From assembly GCA_046290465.1 (NCBI GenBank), contig JBKAGP010000001.1, positions 3,168,001-3,232,000 on the forward strand: a stretch of DNA of 64,000 nt, given 5' to 3'. Below the pieces are notes generated by a model, which was given only the letters and a program-made list of their open reading frames with translations, ran no database searches and was not told the origin of the DNA. The stretch's first letter is position 1; every line of letters begins with the position of its first letter. The position numbers and the translations under genes were made by a program. Of the stretch, positions 10,099 to 19,235 are shown in pieces. The stretch comes from Planctomycetota bacterium. GTDB lineage: Bacteria > Planctomycetota > UBA1135 > UBA2386.

Positions 10099-10659
10099 GT
10101 GCGCTGCTTCGTCGCCTTCGATCTCCCACGCCCGGTCCGCAACCACCTCGGCAAGGTCGTCGCGCCGTTGCGGGAGCGCTACGACATCCGCTGGGTGCCG
10201 ACCGACCAGATGCACGTGACGGTGCTGTTCGCCGGCGAACTGACCCACGACGGCGTCGACGCGCTGTGCGAACAGGTCGAACGCTGCGACGTGCCGACGA
10301 TCTCGCTGGTGCTGCAGCCGTTCGGTGTGTTCCCGCCGAAGGGCATCCCGCGCATCGTCTGGGCGGGCCTCGGTGGCGACGTCGACGCGCTGCGCACAGC
10401 CAAGGAGCACTTCGAGGCGGTCGCCGAGCCGTTCGGCGTGCCGCGCGAGAAGCGGGCCTTCACGCCGCACGTCACGCTCGGCCGCGTCAAGAGCCAGTTC
10501 GGCGTGCTGGCGCTGATCGACCAGCTGGCGGAGCGCTCCGACGACCTGAAGGACAAGCCGTTCGAGGTGCCGAGCCTGTCGCTCTACGAGAGCCGGCTGA
10601 CGCCGAAGGGCCCGCAGTACGACGTCGTCGTGCGGCGCCCGCTAGGCGGCACGTTCTGA
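10099..10659 (+). CDS. thpR: RNA 2',3'-cyclic phosphodiesterase (2H phosphoesterase)
   Basis: MRCFVAFD start, two H-x-T motifs (HVTVLF, FTPHVTLGR) and LYESRLTPKGPQY. Confidence 0.88.
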   Translation: MRCFVAFDLPRPVRNHLGKVVAPLRERYDIRWVPTDQMHVTVLFAGELTHDGVDALCEQVERCDVPTISLVLQPFGVFPPKGIPRIVWAGLGGDVDALRTAKEHFEAVAEPFGVPREKRAFTPHVTLGRVKSQFGVLALIDQLAERSDDLKDKPFEVPSLSLYESRLTPKGPQYDVVVRRPLGGTF

Positions 10660-10676
10660 GACCGGGCGAAACGGAA

Positions 10677-10712
10677 CGGGCCCCGCGCCGGATCGCTCCA
10701 GCGCGGGGCCCG
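10677..10712. terminator. GC-rich hairpin between convergent genes (possible terminator)
   Basis: CGGGCCCCGCGC ... GCGCGGGGCCCG forms a perfect 12-bp stem. There is no clear U-tract. Confidence 0.5.
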
Positions 10713-10725
10713 CAGGGTGTCCCCG

Positions 10726-10773
10726 GTCGGGATCCCAGTCGGGATCCCAGTCGGGACGCCCGTCGAGATCATC
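10726..10773. repeat. 12-bp tandem repeat (GTCGGGATCCCA) x2 plus 2 degenerate copies
   Basis: Directly visible. Confidence 0.75.
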
Positions 10774-10780
10774 GGTCGGA

Positions 10781-12571
10781 CTAGAACGTGCCGACCTTGA
10801 CGCGCACCGCGTTCGAACCGATCAGGTTGCCGAACACGTTGCCGCCGAGCAGCTGCGGCAGGTCGAACCAGAACGACTGCGCGTAGAGCTCGAAGCCGAC
10901 CAGCGCCGGGTTCTGCGGCACCGCGACCGGCAGCGTCGTGTTGGCGTTGTCGATCGGGAACAGCAGCGACGTCGTCACCGGCAGGTAGACGTTGGTGCCC
11001 GGAGCAGCACCCAGCGGATCGAGCGGGATCGCCGGCGTGAGGACCGCGTCGACGACGGTCGTGCCGATGCTCGGCGCGGCCGGGATGTTGCTCGTCTCGA
11101 GCGTGAACGAGGCGCCGACCAGCGGCGTGCCGACCACGTCGAGCGCGAGCGGGCTGACCTCCGGCAGGTTGCCGACGAAGTTGCCGGCAGCGCCGATCAG
11201 GCCGAGCGTCGTGAAATCGCCTTCGGTCACCGCCGGCGAGACGCCTTCCGGCGACCAGCCGATCAGCGAGTCGTCACCGCCGGCCTGCGTGCTGCCGCCG
11301 ACCGCGTCGATGCTCTCGTAGACGACGACGATGTTGCCGACCGCGAGGTCGATCTGCACCTGCACGGTGCTCGGGTTGGCGACGGTCGCCGGGTAGCTCT
11401 CGACGTTCTCCCACGTGATGTAGAGCGTCGGGTTCGGCTGCGCGGCGAGGTCTTCCTCGATCAGGATCTGGCCACTGCCCGGCTCGGCCGGGTTGAAGTC
11501 GTGGTACATCGGGAAGATCGTGAACTGGTCCTGGTCCATCGCGGCCTGCGGGTCGACCGGGACGAAGAACAGCGGATCGTTGGGGCCGGTGAACGAGATG
11601 TAGCCGTTCGAGTGCACCCAGATGTCCGTCGCGTTGGCGTTGCCGAACGCGGTCGGGTACGGGATCGGCAGGTTCGGGATGGTGAACTGGAACTCACCGT
11701 CGTCGACCGCCGGGACCACCGTCTCGTTGCCGCTCGTCGGACGGAACACCGGGTTGGTCGCTTCCGACACGATGTAGCCGACGGTCGTGTTGGTGAACTC
11801 GAGGCCGCGGCCCTGCAGCGTCGTGTTGACGTTCGGCGCGTCCTCGATCAGGTCGAACCACGACGCGACGTTGCCGGGCGTCGCCTGGCCGACGTCCTCG
11901 ACCTCGCCGCACGCGTGCGCGACCGGGCCGACGCTGTAGGTCACACCGAAGCCCGGCATCGTGCCGGCGTAGTTGACGCCGTTGAAGACGAAGGCACCGA
12001 GCGTGCCGCCCCAGGCGCCGGGCGCCGTGGTGCCGTTGCTGACCTCGATGTTGCCGTCGGTGAACGTGCCGGCCGGCGCCGGGTAGGTCGTGACGCCCCA
12101 GAACTCGTGGGCGACGCCGTTGTAGACGATGCCGAAGCCGTAGGTGCCGGGCGCGAGGAACGTGTCGGGCACGTTGACCGTGAAGGCCGACTGGCAGGTG
12201 GTCGACGCGATCGCGAAGCCGCCCGACGTGTACTGGCCCGTCGTCAGCAGCTGCCAACCACTCGGGTCACCGGACTGCGCCGGCGCCGCGGCCAGCGTCT
12301 CGGTGCCGACGTGCGTCGTGCCGTTGGTCTGGATCCAGAGCTCGATCGAGCCGACGGTGCCGACCGGCTCCTGGGTCGGGATCTCGAGGGCCTGGAGCGT
12401 GATGCCGGTGGCCGAGGCGACCGTCATGTCGAAGAAGTTCGCGCCGCCCGCGGCCGAGTAGGTCAGGCCGACGGCGCCCGGATCGAACGTCGGCGGGTCG
12501 ACGTTGAGGGTCTGCTGGGCGCTCAGGCCCGCGCACAGTGCCGTGGCGAGAACGGTGGAAGTGATTCTCAT
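10781..12571 (-). CDS. Secreted beta-rich protein with conserved C-terminal domain
   Basis: Signal peptide MRITSTVLATALCAGLSAQ. Acidic and G/T/P-rich. Central nidogen-like segment (DDG..WVHSNGYISF..YHDFNP..YITWENV). C-terminus ...PQNPALVGFELYAQ...SNAVRVKVG. Confidence 0.8.
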   Translation of the reverse strand: MRITSTVLATALCAGLSAQQTLNVDPPTFDPGAVGLTYSAAGGANFFDMTVASATGITLQALEIPTQEPVGTVGSIELWIQTNGTTHVGTETLAAAPAQSGDPSGWQLLTTGQYTSGGFAIASTTCQSAFTVNVPDTFLAPGTYGFGIVYNGVAHEFWGVTTYPAPAGTFTDGNIEVSNGTTAPGAWGGTLGAFVFNGVNYAGTMPGFGVTYSVGPVAHACGEVEDVGQATPGNVASWFDLIEDAPNVNTTLQGRGLEFTNTTVGYIVSEATNPVFRPTSGNETVVPAVDDGEFQFTIPNLPIPYPTAFGNANATDIWVHSNGYISFTGPNDPLFFVPVDPQAAMDQDQFTIFPMYHDFNPAEPGSGQILIEEDLAAQPNPTLYITWENVESYPATVANPSTVQVQIDLAVGNIVVVYESIDAVGGSTQAGGDDSLIGWSPEGVSPAVTEGDFTTLGLIGAAGNFVGNLPEVSPLALDVVGTPLVGASFTLETSNIPAAPSIGTTVVDAVLTPAIPLDPLGAAPGTNVYLPVTTSLLFPIDNANTTLPVAVPQNPALVGFELYAQSFWFDLPQLLGGNVFGNLIGSNAVRVKVGTF

Positions 12572-12763
12572 AGGTGATGAGGTGTTTGCAGGTAGCGCTG
12601 CCTGGGGTCTGGGGCAGCCGGACAAGCCGCCAGCATAGCGAACTTCTGCCGCACGTGTGCACCCGGGCAAGCCTCTGTGAAGGCCTACTCTCTGGCGCAA
12701 GCCTCTGCGGAAATGCGCCTTACGCGGTAACCGGGTCGGCGACCCGCGCACCTCTCCCCGGCG

Positions 12764-14485
12764 CTACTCGAGATCCAGGTTGACCAGCACCTTCTGCACG
12801 TCGAGCGTGCGCGGCGCCTCGAGCATGCGCGCGGCGATCCGGCGGCACTCGTCGACCGTGTAGCGCGCGAACACCTTGAGCATGCCGCGCAGCCGCACCG
12901 GCGCGACCGAGAAGCTGCGGTAGCCGACGCCGACGTAGAACGGCACCCGCTCCGGCTCGGCCGCGCTCTCGCCGAACAGCACGATCGGCTTCTTCTTGCG
13001 TTCGGCGTCCTTGGCCATGCGCGCCAGCGTCTCGAACACCGCCGGGTGCACCATCTCGTAGTAGTCGCGCACGCTGGCGTTGTCGCGGTCGGCCGCCAGC
13101 AGGTTGGCCTGCAGGTCGTCGATCGCGACCACCGCGAAGTCGCTCTCGTTGAGCAGCGCGCCGAGCGACATCGCCGCGGCCGGCACCTCGATGATCGGGC
13201 CGATCTTCAGGTTGGCCGCGCAGGCGATCTTCGCCTTCATCATGCTGACGCGCTCCTCGACGACGGCCGCCTTGACGCGCTGCATGTCGGCGATGCTGGT
13301 CACGAACGGCACCAGCACGGCCACGCCTTCGGTGTTGCACGAAGCGCGCAGGATCGCGCGCAGCTGCAGCCGCAGCACGTCCTGGTTGAGCAGCAGCCCG
13401 CGCACGCCCTTGCGCCCCATCGCCGGGTTGCGCTCCTGCTGCGCGGCGTCGACCTGCAGCGTCGCCGCCGCGACGTCGAGCAGGCGGAACGACACCGGCT
13501 TGCCCCGCTGGCCGTCGATGATCGCCTTGTAGCTGGCGGTCAGCTGGTCCTCGGTCGGACGCGCGTCGCTCGACAAGAACTGCAGCTCGGTGCGGTAGAC
13601 GCCGACGCCTTCCATCCCGAACGTCTGCACCAGGTCCGCCTCGCCCGGGCTGCCGCACGAGCCGAGGATGTGGATCGCCGCGCCGTCGCGCGTCTGGTGG
13701 GTCGTCGCGTCCGCCTGCGACGCCGCGCCGGCCTGGTTCTCCTTCCAGCGCTGCGCGTTGGCGGTCGCCTCGGCCAACGCCGTGTCGCTCGGCCCGGTCA
13801 CCAGTTCGCCCTCGGTCGCGTCGAGCACGACCAGGTCGCCGTTGCGCAGCTGCGCGGTCAGGTCGCGGATGCCGGTCAGCGTCGGGATGCCCATGCCGCG
13901 CGCGAGGATCGCCGCGTGCGAGCTCATGCCGCCCTCCTCGGCGACGATGCCCTCGACCTGTTCGTTGTCGAGGTTGAACATGTCGGCGGTCGTCAGCTTC
14001 CGGGCCGCGAGGATGTACGGCCCCTTGGGCGCGCCGCGGTCGTGCACCGCATCGCTCTCGAGGTTGCGCAGCAGGCGCGTGGCGACGTCGCGCAGGTCGC
14101 TGGCGCGTCGCCGCAGCAGGTCGCTCTCGACCAGCGAGAAGATCCGGTCGTACTTGGCAAACACCCCCTGCACCGCTTCGCGCGCGGACAGCCGTTCGTT
14201 GATGATCTGGGTCTCGATCTCGGTGACGAACATCGCGTCGCCGAGGTAGGCGAGGTGCGCGTCGAAGATGCGCAGCTCGGCCTCGCCGAGGCTCTCCGCC
14301 TGCTTCTGCTTGATCTCCTCGGTCTGCTTGCGGCTCTGCTCGAGCGCGTGCTGCAGCCGGTTGAGTTCGGACTCGACCTCGTCGGCGGCGATCCGTGGAC
14401 CGGCGCCCTGGCTCTCGAAGCCGCGCAGATAGACCTGCCCGACGGCGATGCCGGGCGAGACGCACTCTCCCCGTACCACCGTCAC
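12764..14485 (-). CDS. ptsI: PTS enzyme I (phosphoenolpyruvate-protein phosphotransferase) homologue, degenerate active site
   Basis: SPGIAVG, IFDAHL, GGMSSHAAILARGMGIP (phospho-His), GVYRTE, ERNPAMG and IEVPAAA motifs. GAGG RBS 8 nt before the GTG at 14485. Confidence 0.85.
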   Translation of the reverse strand: MTVVRGECVSPGIAVGQVYLRGFESQGAGPRIAADEVESELNRLQHALEQSRKQTEEIKQKQAESLGEAELRIFDAHLAYLGDAMFVTEIETQIINERLSAREAVQGVFAKYDRIFSLVESDLLRRRASDLRDVATRLLRNLESDAVHDRGAPKGPYILAARKLTTADMFNLDNEQVEGIVAEEGGMSSHAAILARGMGIPTLTGIRDLTAQLRNGDLVVLDATEGELVTGPSDTALAEATANAQRWKENQAGAASQADATTHQTRDGAAIHILGSCGSPGEADLVQTFGMEGVGVYRTELQFLSSDARPTEDQLTASYKAIIDGQRGKPVSFRLLDVAAATLQVDAAQQERNPAMGRKGVRGLLLNQDVLRLQLRAILRASCNTEGVAVLVPFVTSIADMQRVKAAVVEERVSMMKAKIACAANLKIGPIIEVPAAAMSLGALLNESDFAVVAIDDLQANLLAADRDNASVRDYYEMVHPAVFETLARMAKDAERKKKPIVLFGESAAEPERVPFYVGVGYRSFSVAPVRLRGMLKVFARYTVDECRRIAARMLEAPRTLDVQKVLVNLDLE

Positions 14486-14758
14486 GAACGGCACCTCACG
14501 GGCGACTGCGGAACGAGACGGCGCGCAGATCGCGCGAGACGAGCCGATGACCGAAAATCCTGAAACATGCCTGCTGGGTTGCCGCGGACCGCTCGCGAGA
14601 CGAACCGCCGACGACAACGAAGCCTCGCTGCTCGCCCGGCGGGCGCCGAGACGGCGTCCGAGCGGCCAAAGGCTAGCGCGGGTGCCCCTCGCAGGGTAGA
14701 CATTGAGGTCCGCGCGGCAGCGTTCCGAGCCGCGATCCAGAGATCTCCCAACCCCTAG

Positions 14759-15628
14759 ATGGGCATTCATCCCACTGCGATCGTCGCTCCCGGCGCCCAA
14801 CTCGGCGACGATGTCGACATCGGCCCTTATTGCGTCATCGGTCCGCATGTACGGCTCGGAGCGCAGACCCGGCTGATCGCCCACGTGGTCGTCGACGGCG
14901 ACACGTGGGTCGGGGAGGAGTGTGAGCTGTATCCGTTCTGCTCGATCGGCACGACGCCGCAGGACAAGAAGCTCAAGTCGACGGGCGACCCGGCCCGGCT
15001 GCGCATCGGCTCGCACAACAAGATCCGCGAGCACGTGACGATCCACGGCGGCACGCCGTTCGGCGGCGGCACGACCACGGTCGGCGACCACAACATGCTG
15101 CTGGTCGGTGCCCACATCGGCCACGACGCGACCATCGGCAGCCACGTGGTGTTCACCAACGGTGCGATGGCCGCCGGCCACACCGAGATCGGCGACCGCG
15201 CGATCCTCGGCGCGATGGTCGGCATCCACCAGTTCGCACGCGTCGGCAAGCTGGCGATGGTCGGCGCCGGCGCGATGGTCTCCCACGACGCGCCGCCGTT
15301 CGCGATGATCCAGGGGGACCGCGCCAAGCTGGTCGCCGTCAACAAGGTCGGCCTGCACCGCAACGGCTACACGTCCGAACAGAAGGCTCTCGTCAAGCGC
15401 GTCTTCCGACTACTCTTCTGGCGTGCCGGCACCCTGCACCAACGCCTCGAATTCGTCCGCGGCAGCTCGCTGTTCCGCGACCCCATCTGCCGCGAGATCG
15501 TCGACTTCGTGGCGGACAGCAAGCGCGGCATCTGCAGCCCGCGCTCGGGCCTGCGCAACCATCCGAGCGGCGGCGATGGCCTCGGCGGTGACGGCCCAGG
15601 TGAGCAGGCCGACGCAGCGACGGCCTAG
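14759..15628 (+). CDS. lpxA: Acyl-ACP--UDP-N-acetylglucosamine O-acyltransferase
   Basis: IHPTAIV, hexapeptide repeats, PQDKK, IREHVTIHGGT, HIGHD and IHQF motifs. Confidence 0.93.
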   Translation: MGIHPTAIVAPGAQLGDDVDIGPYCVIGPHVRLGAQTRLIAHVVVDGDTWVGEECELYPFCSIGTTPQDKKLKSTGDPARLRIGSHNKIREHVTIHGGTPFGGGTTTVGDHNMLLVGAHIGHDATIGSHVVFTNGAMAAGHTEIGDRAILGAMVGIHQFARVGKLAMVGAGAMVSHDAPPFAMIQGDRAKLVAVNKVGLHRNGYTSEQKALVKRVFRLLFWRAGTLHQRLEFVRGSSLFRDPICREIVDFVADSKRGICSPRSGLRNHPSGGDGLGGDGPGEQADAATA

Positions 15629-17117
15629 CGCCCTGCTGCTGGCGGCGCTGCTGGCAGCCCTGCCGACGGCGGCAATCGCCGGGCAGCCGCAGCAGCCGAA
15701 GCAGCCCGCGGCGCAAGGTGACACGTCCGCCGGCAAGCGCCAACAAGCGCCGAACAAGCCGCCCGGTCCCAAGAACCGCAAGACCCGCACGTTCACCGCG
15801 CCCGACGGCAGCCGGTTCGTGCTGGTCCAGGACGACCAGCAGCGGCAGCTGCACTGGGCGCTGGCCTGCTGGACCGACGGCCGCGACGACCCGCCGGGCT
15901 TCGCCGGTCTGACCAGCGCGGCGGTCGAGGTATCGCTCAACGGCACGTGGACGACCGGCAGCGCCGACGCCGACGCCGAACGCGCGGCGCTGCGCGCGCT
16001 CGACCAGTCCTGGCAGGTCAAGATGGTCGACCCGAACAACGCCGAGAACAACGCGACCCTGCTGGCCCGCGACCAGGCCGCGGCCGACCTCGGCGACCCC
16101 CGCACGTTCCGGCGGGTGCTGGCCGCCACCCCGGCGTTCCGACCGGAGATCGTGCACCGCGACGGCGTCGCCGTGCTGGTGCTGACCACGATCGAACCGG
16201 CGCTGCCGGCCGTCGCCAGGCTGCTGGTCGAACGCCGCGAGCAACAGGCGCTGCGCGGACTGGCCCGCGCCTGGCTGCCGGACGTGATGGCGCGCGCGCA
16301 GCAGCACGCGCTGCACCCCGAACGGCGCATCCACGCCGAGCTGCTGGCGCTGACGATGCCGCTGTCGCCGGCCATCGCCGGGCTCGAGCCGCCGCCGATG
16401 ACCGCCCCCAAGCGCGCCGACGCGCTGGCGAGCTGGCAGCGGAGCCAGCACCCCACCCGCACCGCGCACGTGCTCTACGGCGCGTTCGACCTCGACCGTG
16501 CCGAACGGGTGCTGAAGGAGGCGTTCGCCGCGACCGCGCTGCCCCAGCCGGTGCAACGCCCGGCGGCGCCGCCGCGCCCGCTCGGGGCCCAGCGCCGTTC
16601 GATCGTGCCGGGCATGCCGACCGACTCGGTGTCGCTCGCCTGGCTGCTGCCGACGGACGTCGACCCGTGGACGCTGCGCGTCGCCGGGCACTGGCTGGCC
16701 GGCGACGGGCGCGGCACCATCCGCCACACGCTGCGCAAGAAGCGGCCGGACCTGCAGGTCGAGGTCGTGGCACCGTGGCCGACCGCCGGCAACCCGGCGC
16801 TGCTGCGCATCGACGTGCGCGACCCGGGACGGATCGAAGGGCTGGCCGCCGACGTGCTCGACGCCTGCCGACAGGCTGCGGCCCTGGAACTCGCCAACGG
16901 CAGCTACCACCGGGCCAACACCACCGCGCAGCGCGAGTGGACCCGGGCGACGAGCGACACCCGCGCCCTGACGACCCGGCTCGCCGAGCGGGTGCTGGCG
17001 CGGCCAGGCCTGCCGGTCTCGCCGAAGATGCCGCCGATGCAGAAGGGCGCCGAGATCCGGCGCGTGCTGGCCGCGACGTTCGCGTCGCAGCCGGCGATCG
17101 TGGAGGGCCACCGATGA
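15600..17117 (+). CDS. Exported M16 (insulinase)-like protein lacking HxxEH
   Basis: Signal peptide, then FTAPDGSRFVLV...DDPPGFAGLTSAAVEVSLNGT and later HPTRTAHVLYGAFD, both M16-like patterns. Start approximate. Confidence 0.6.
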   Translation: MSRPTQRRPSALLLAALLAALPTAAIAGQPQQPKQPAAQGDTSAGKRQQAPNKPPGPKNRKTRTFTAPDGSRFVLVQDDQQRQLHWALACWTDGRDDPPGFAGLTSAAVEVSLNGTWTTGSADADAERAALRALDQSWQVKMVDPNNAENNATLLARDQAAADLGDPRTFRRVLAATPAFRPEIVHRDGVAVLVLTTIEPALPAVARLLVERREQQALRGLARAWLPDVMARAQQHALHPERRIHAELLALTMPLSPAIAGLEPPPMTAPKRADALASWQRSQHPTRTAHVLYGAFDLDRAERVLKEAFAATALPQPVQRPAAPPRPLGAQRRSIVPGMPTDSVSLAWLLPTDVDPWTLRVAGHWLAGDGRGTIRHTLRKKRPDLQVEVVAPWPTAGNPALLRIDVRDPGRIEGLAADVLDACRQAAALELANGSYHRANTTAQREWTRATSDTRALTTRLAERVLARPGLPVSPKMPPMQKGAEIRRVLAATFASQPAIVEGHR

Positions 17118-19219
17118 ACCGCACCCGCCGTCTCCATCCGGCCCGCTGCGCCCGCCTCGTGCTGCTCGCGGCGGCCGCGCTCGCCGCCTGCTCGACGCCG
17201 ACGCCGGCACCGCCGCCGGGCCCGAACGAAGGGCCGTTCGAGAACGGCCCGCCGCAGCCGCGCATCGCCGCCGACGACCGGAGCCAGATGCTGCCGTTGC
17301 CCAACGGCCTCGCGACCTACCTGCAGACCGGGCCTGTCGGCAGCCCGGCGCAGATCCAGTTCGGCGTGTTCGCGGGCTCGCTGTTCGTCTCGCCGGGGCT
17401 CGCAGAGCTGGCGGCTCAGACGCTGCTGCGCTCGACCGACCCCACCACCGGCACCAGGAGCCTCGAGCAGCGCATCCGCCAGCTCGGCGGCACCGTCGAC
17501 GTTCGCATCGGCCTGATGACGACCTGGTTCGACGTCCGGGTGCGCGCCGCCCAGACCAAGAAGGCGCTGCAGGCGCTGCGCGAGTCGCTGGAGACGGTGA
17601 CGCATTCACGCAGCCAGATCGAACGCATGCGCGACGAACTGGTCGCGCGGTGCACCGCCGAAGTGCTCGACGACCCCGTCGCGGCCACCACCCGCATGCT
17701 GCTGCAGGCCGAGCGCAGCACCGCCCGCCACATCGATCACCTGCTCGATCTCGATCCGAGCGAGGTGACGCTGTTCCACTCGCGCCTCTATCGGCCCGAA
17801 CGCTGCATCCTGACGCTGCGCACGCCGCGCCGGCTGGACCTCGCGCTCGCCGAAGTCACCGCCGGCGACGCGTCGATCGACAAGTGGGCGCCGCCGCCGG
17901 CCGTGCCCGGCGACAGCTCGCCGGTCGCACGCGCATTCGCACCCGGCCTCTACTGGGGCGAGCAGCAGCAGGCCAAGGGCACCACCTGCTCGATCGTGAT
18001 GCGGCTGCCCGATGCGACGACGCCGGGCGCGGCGGAGTGGCTGGTCATGCACTCGTGCCTGACGCTCGACGGCACCGGCGGCCGTTTGGAGCAGCTGCAG
18101 GACGAGGCCGGCCTGTCGCACCTTCGCTGGGAGTCCCGCGTCGAGCACACGCCCGACGTCACCGCGTTGGTGTTGACCACCGTTGCCCAACCGGCGGAGG
18201 TGACCAGCCTGTGGCGCGTCTACCAGCGCGCCCGGCAGTCGCTGCTGGCGGTGCCGCCGTCCCGATCCGAGCTGCAGCTCGCGCTGCGCCGCGCGCAGCT
18301 CAACGCCGGCCTGTCGACGCTGCGCGCCAGCGACCACCTGCGCCTCGACGCCAACCTCAAGATGCGCAACATCCGCGCCGACGCGCTCGAGGGCCGGCTC
18401 GCGGCGATGGCGGATCCGAGCACCTGGGAGCCGCAGCAGGCGGCCCGCACGTTCTTGGCGACGCCGGCGTGGATGGTCGCGGTCGGTCCGCAGCGGCCCG
18501 ACGACTTCGCCGCCATCGACGGCGCGATCGCGATCGACCTGCTGCCGGCCGGCTTCGATCCCAAGACGCAGAACCAGCCGACGCCAGAGAACCTCGCGAC
18601 CGTCGACCCGTGGCTGGTGCAAGCGCGCGCGGCGACCGGCGGCGAGGGCGCCTACGCCGTCATGAAGGGCTTCACGGCGCGCGCCCGCGTGACGTCGGCA
18701 CAGGGGCTCGCCGCCGACGACACCGTGGACTGGGCGATCGGCGGCGCGCTGACGCGCAGCCGCGCCCTGGTCGGCCAGACCATCACGACCACGCTCGCCG
18801 ATGACGGCGGCTTCGAAGAACTCGACGGGGTGCGCCAGTCGCTCACGGCCCGCGAGGTCCGGCTGCTGCGCCACGAGATGATGCGCCACCCGCAGATGCT
18901 GCTGGCGGCGCACCAACGCGGCGAACGGCGGTTCCGTCCCGTCGCGCAGCGCAAGCTCGGCGACCGCGAGTTCTACATCGTCGAGTCGGTCGGTGACGAG
19001 TTCGACCGCCTGCGCCTGCACATCGACGCCGAGTCGCAGCTGATCCGCGTGGTCGAGTCGTGGGAGCGGCTCGCCGACGACACGCTCGTGCACGTGCGCG
19101 AGGAGTGGAGCGACTACCACAACGCCGGCGGCCTGCGGGTCCCGCACCGCCGCCGCACGACCTGGAACGACGGCCAGCACCAGTCCGAGACGGTGTTCTC
19201 GGAGTGGGCGCCGAAGTAG
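17114..19219 (+). CDS. Lipoprotein with M16-like (non-catalytic) domains and a C-terminal beta-rich domain
   Basis: ATGA overlap. Lipobox LAAC. Motifs LPNGL, PGLAEL and FHSRLYRPER. C-terminal LHIDAESQLI..SDYHNAGGLRVPH resembles LolA-like/lipoprotein-sorting folds. Confidence 0.65.
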   Translation: MNRTRRLHPARCARLVLLAAAALAACSTPTPAPPPGPNEGPFENGPPQPRIAADDRSQMLPLPNGLATYLQTGPVGSPAQIQFGVFAGSLFVSPGLAELAAQTLLRSTDPTTGTRSLEQRIRQLGGTVDVRIGLMTTWFDVRVRAAQTKKALQALRESLETVTHSRSQIERMRDELVARCTAEVLDDPVAATTRMLLQAERSTARHIDHLLDLDPSEVTLFHSRLYRPERCILTLRTPRRLDLALAEVTAGDASIDKWAPPPAVPGDSSPVARAFAPGLYWGEQQQAKGTTCSIVMRLPDATTPGAAEWLVMHSCLTLDGTGGRLEQLQDEAGLSHLRWESRVEHTPDVTALVLTTVAQPAEVTSLWRVYQRARQSLLAVPPSRSELQLALRRAQLNAGLSTLRASDHLRLDANLKMRNIRADALEGRLAAMADPSTWEPQQAARTFLATPAWMVAVGPQRPDDFAAIDGAIAIDLLPAGFDPKTQNQPTPENLATVDPWLVQARAATGGEGAYAVMKGFTARARVTSAQGLAADDTVDWAIGGALTRSRALVGQTITTTLADDGGFEELDGVRQSLTAREVRLLRHEMMRHPQMLLAAHQRGERRFRPVAQRKLGDREFYIVESVGDEFDRLRLHIDAESQLIRVVESWERLADDTLVHVREEWSDYHNAGGLRVPHRRRTTWNDGQHQSETVFSEWAPK

Positions 19220-19235
19220 CCGGCGGGCGCGCGGC

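Noticed and set aside
8172..10773. Short tandem repeats (8172, 10726; also 46759) as CRISPR arrays
   Set aside because: The units are contiguous with no unique spacers, and there are no cas genes.
14486..15358. N-terminal extension of enzyme I in the 864-aa track ORF (possible GAF domain, PtsP-like)
   Set aside because: It is the antisense of lpxA plus intergenic DNA, and no GAF-like sequence is evident.
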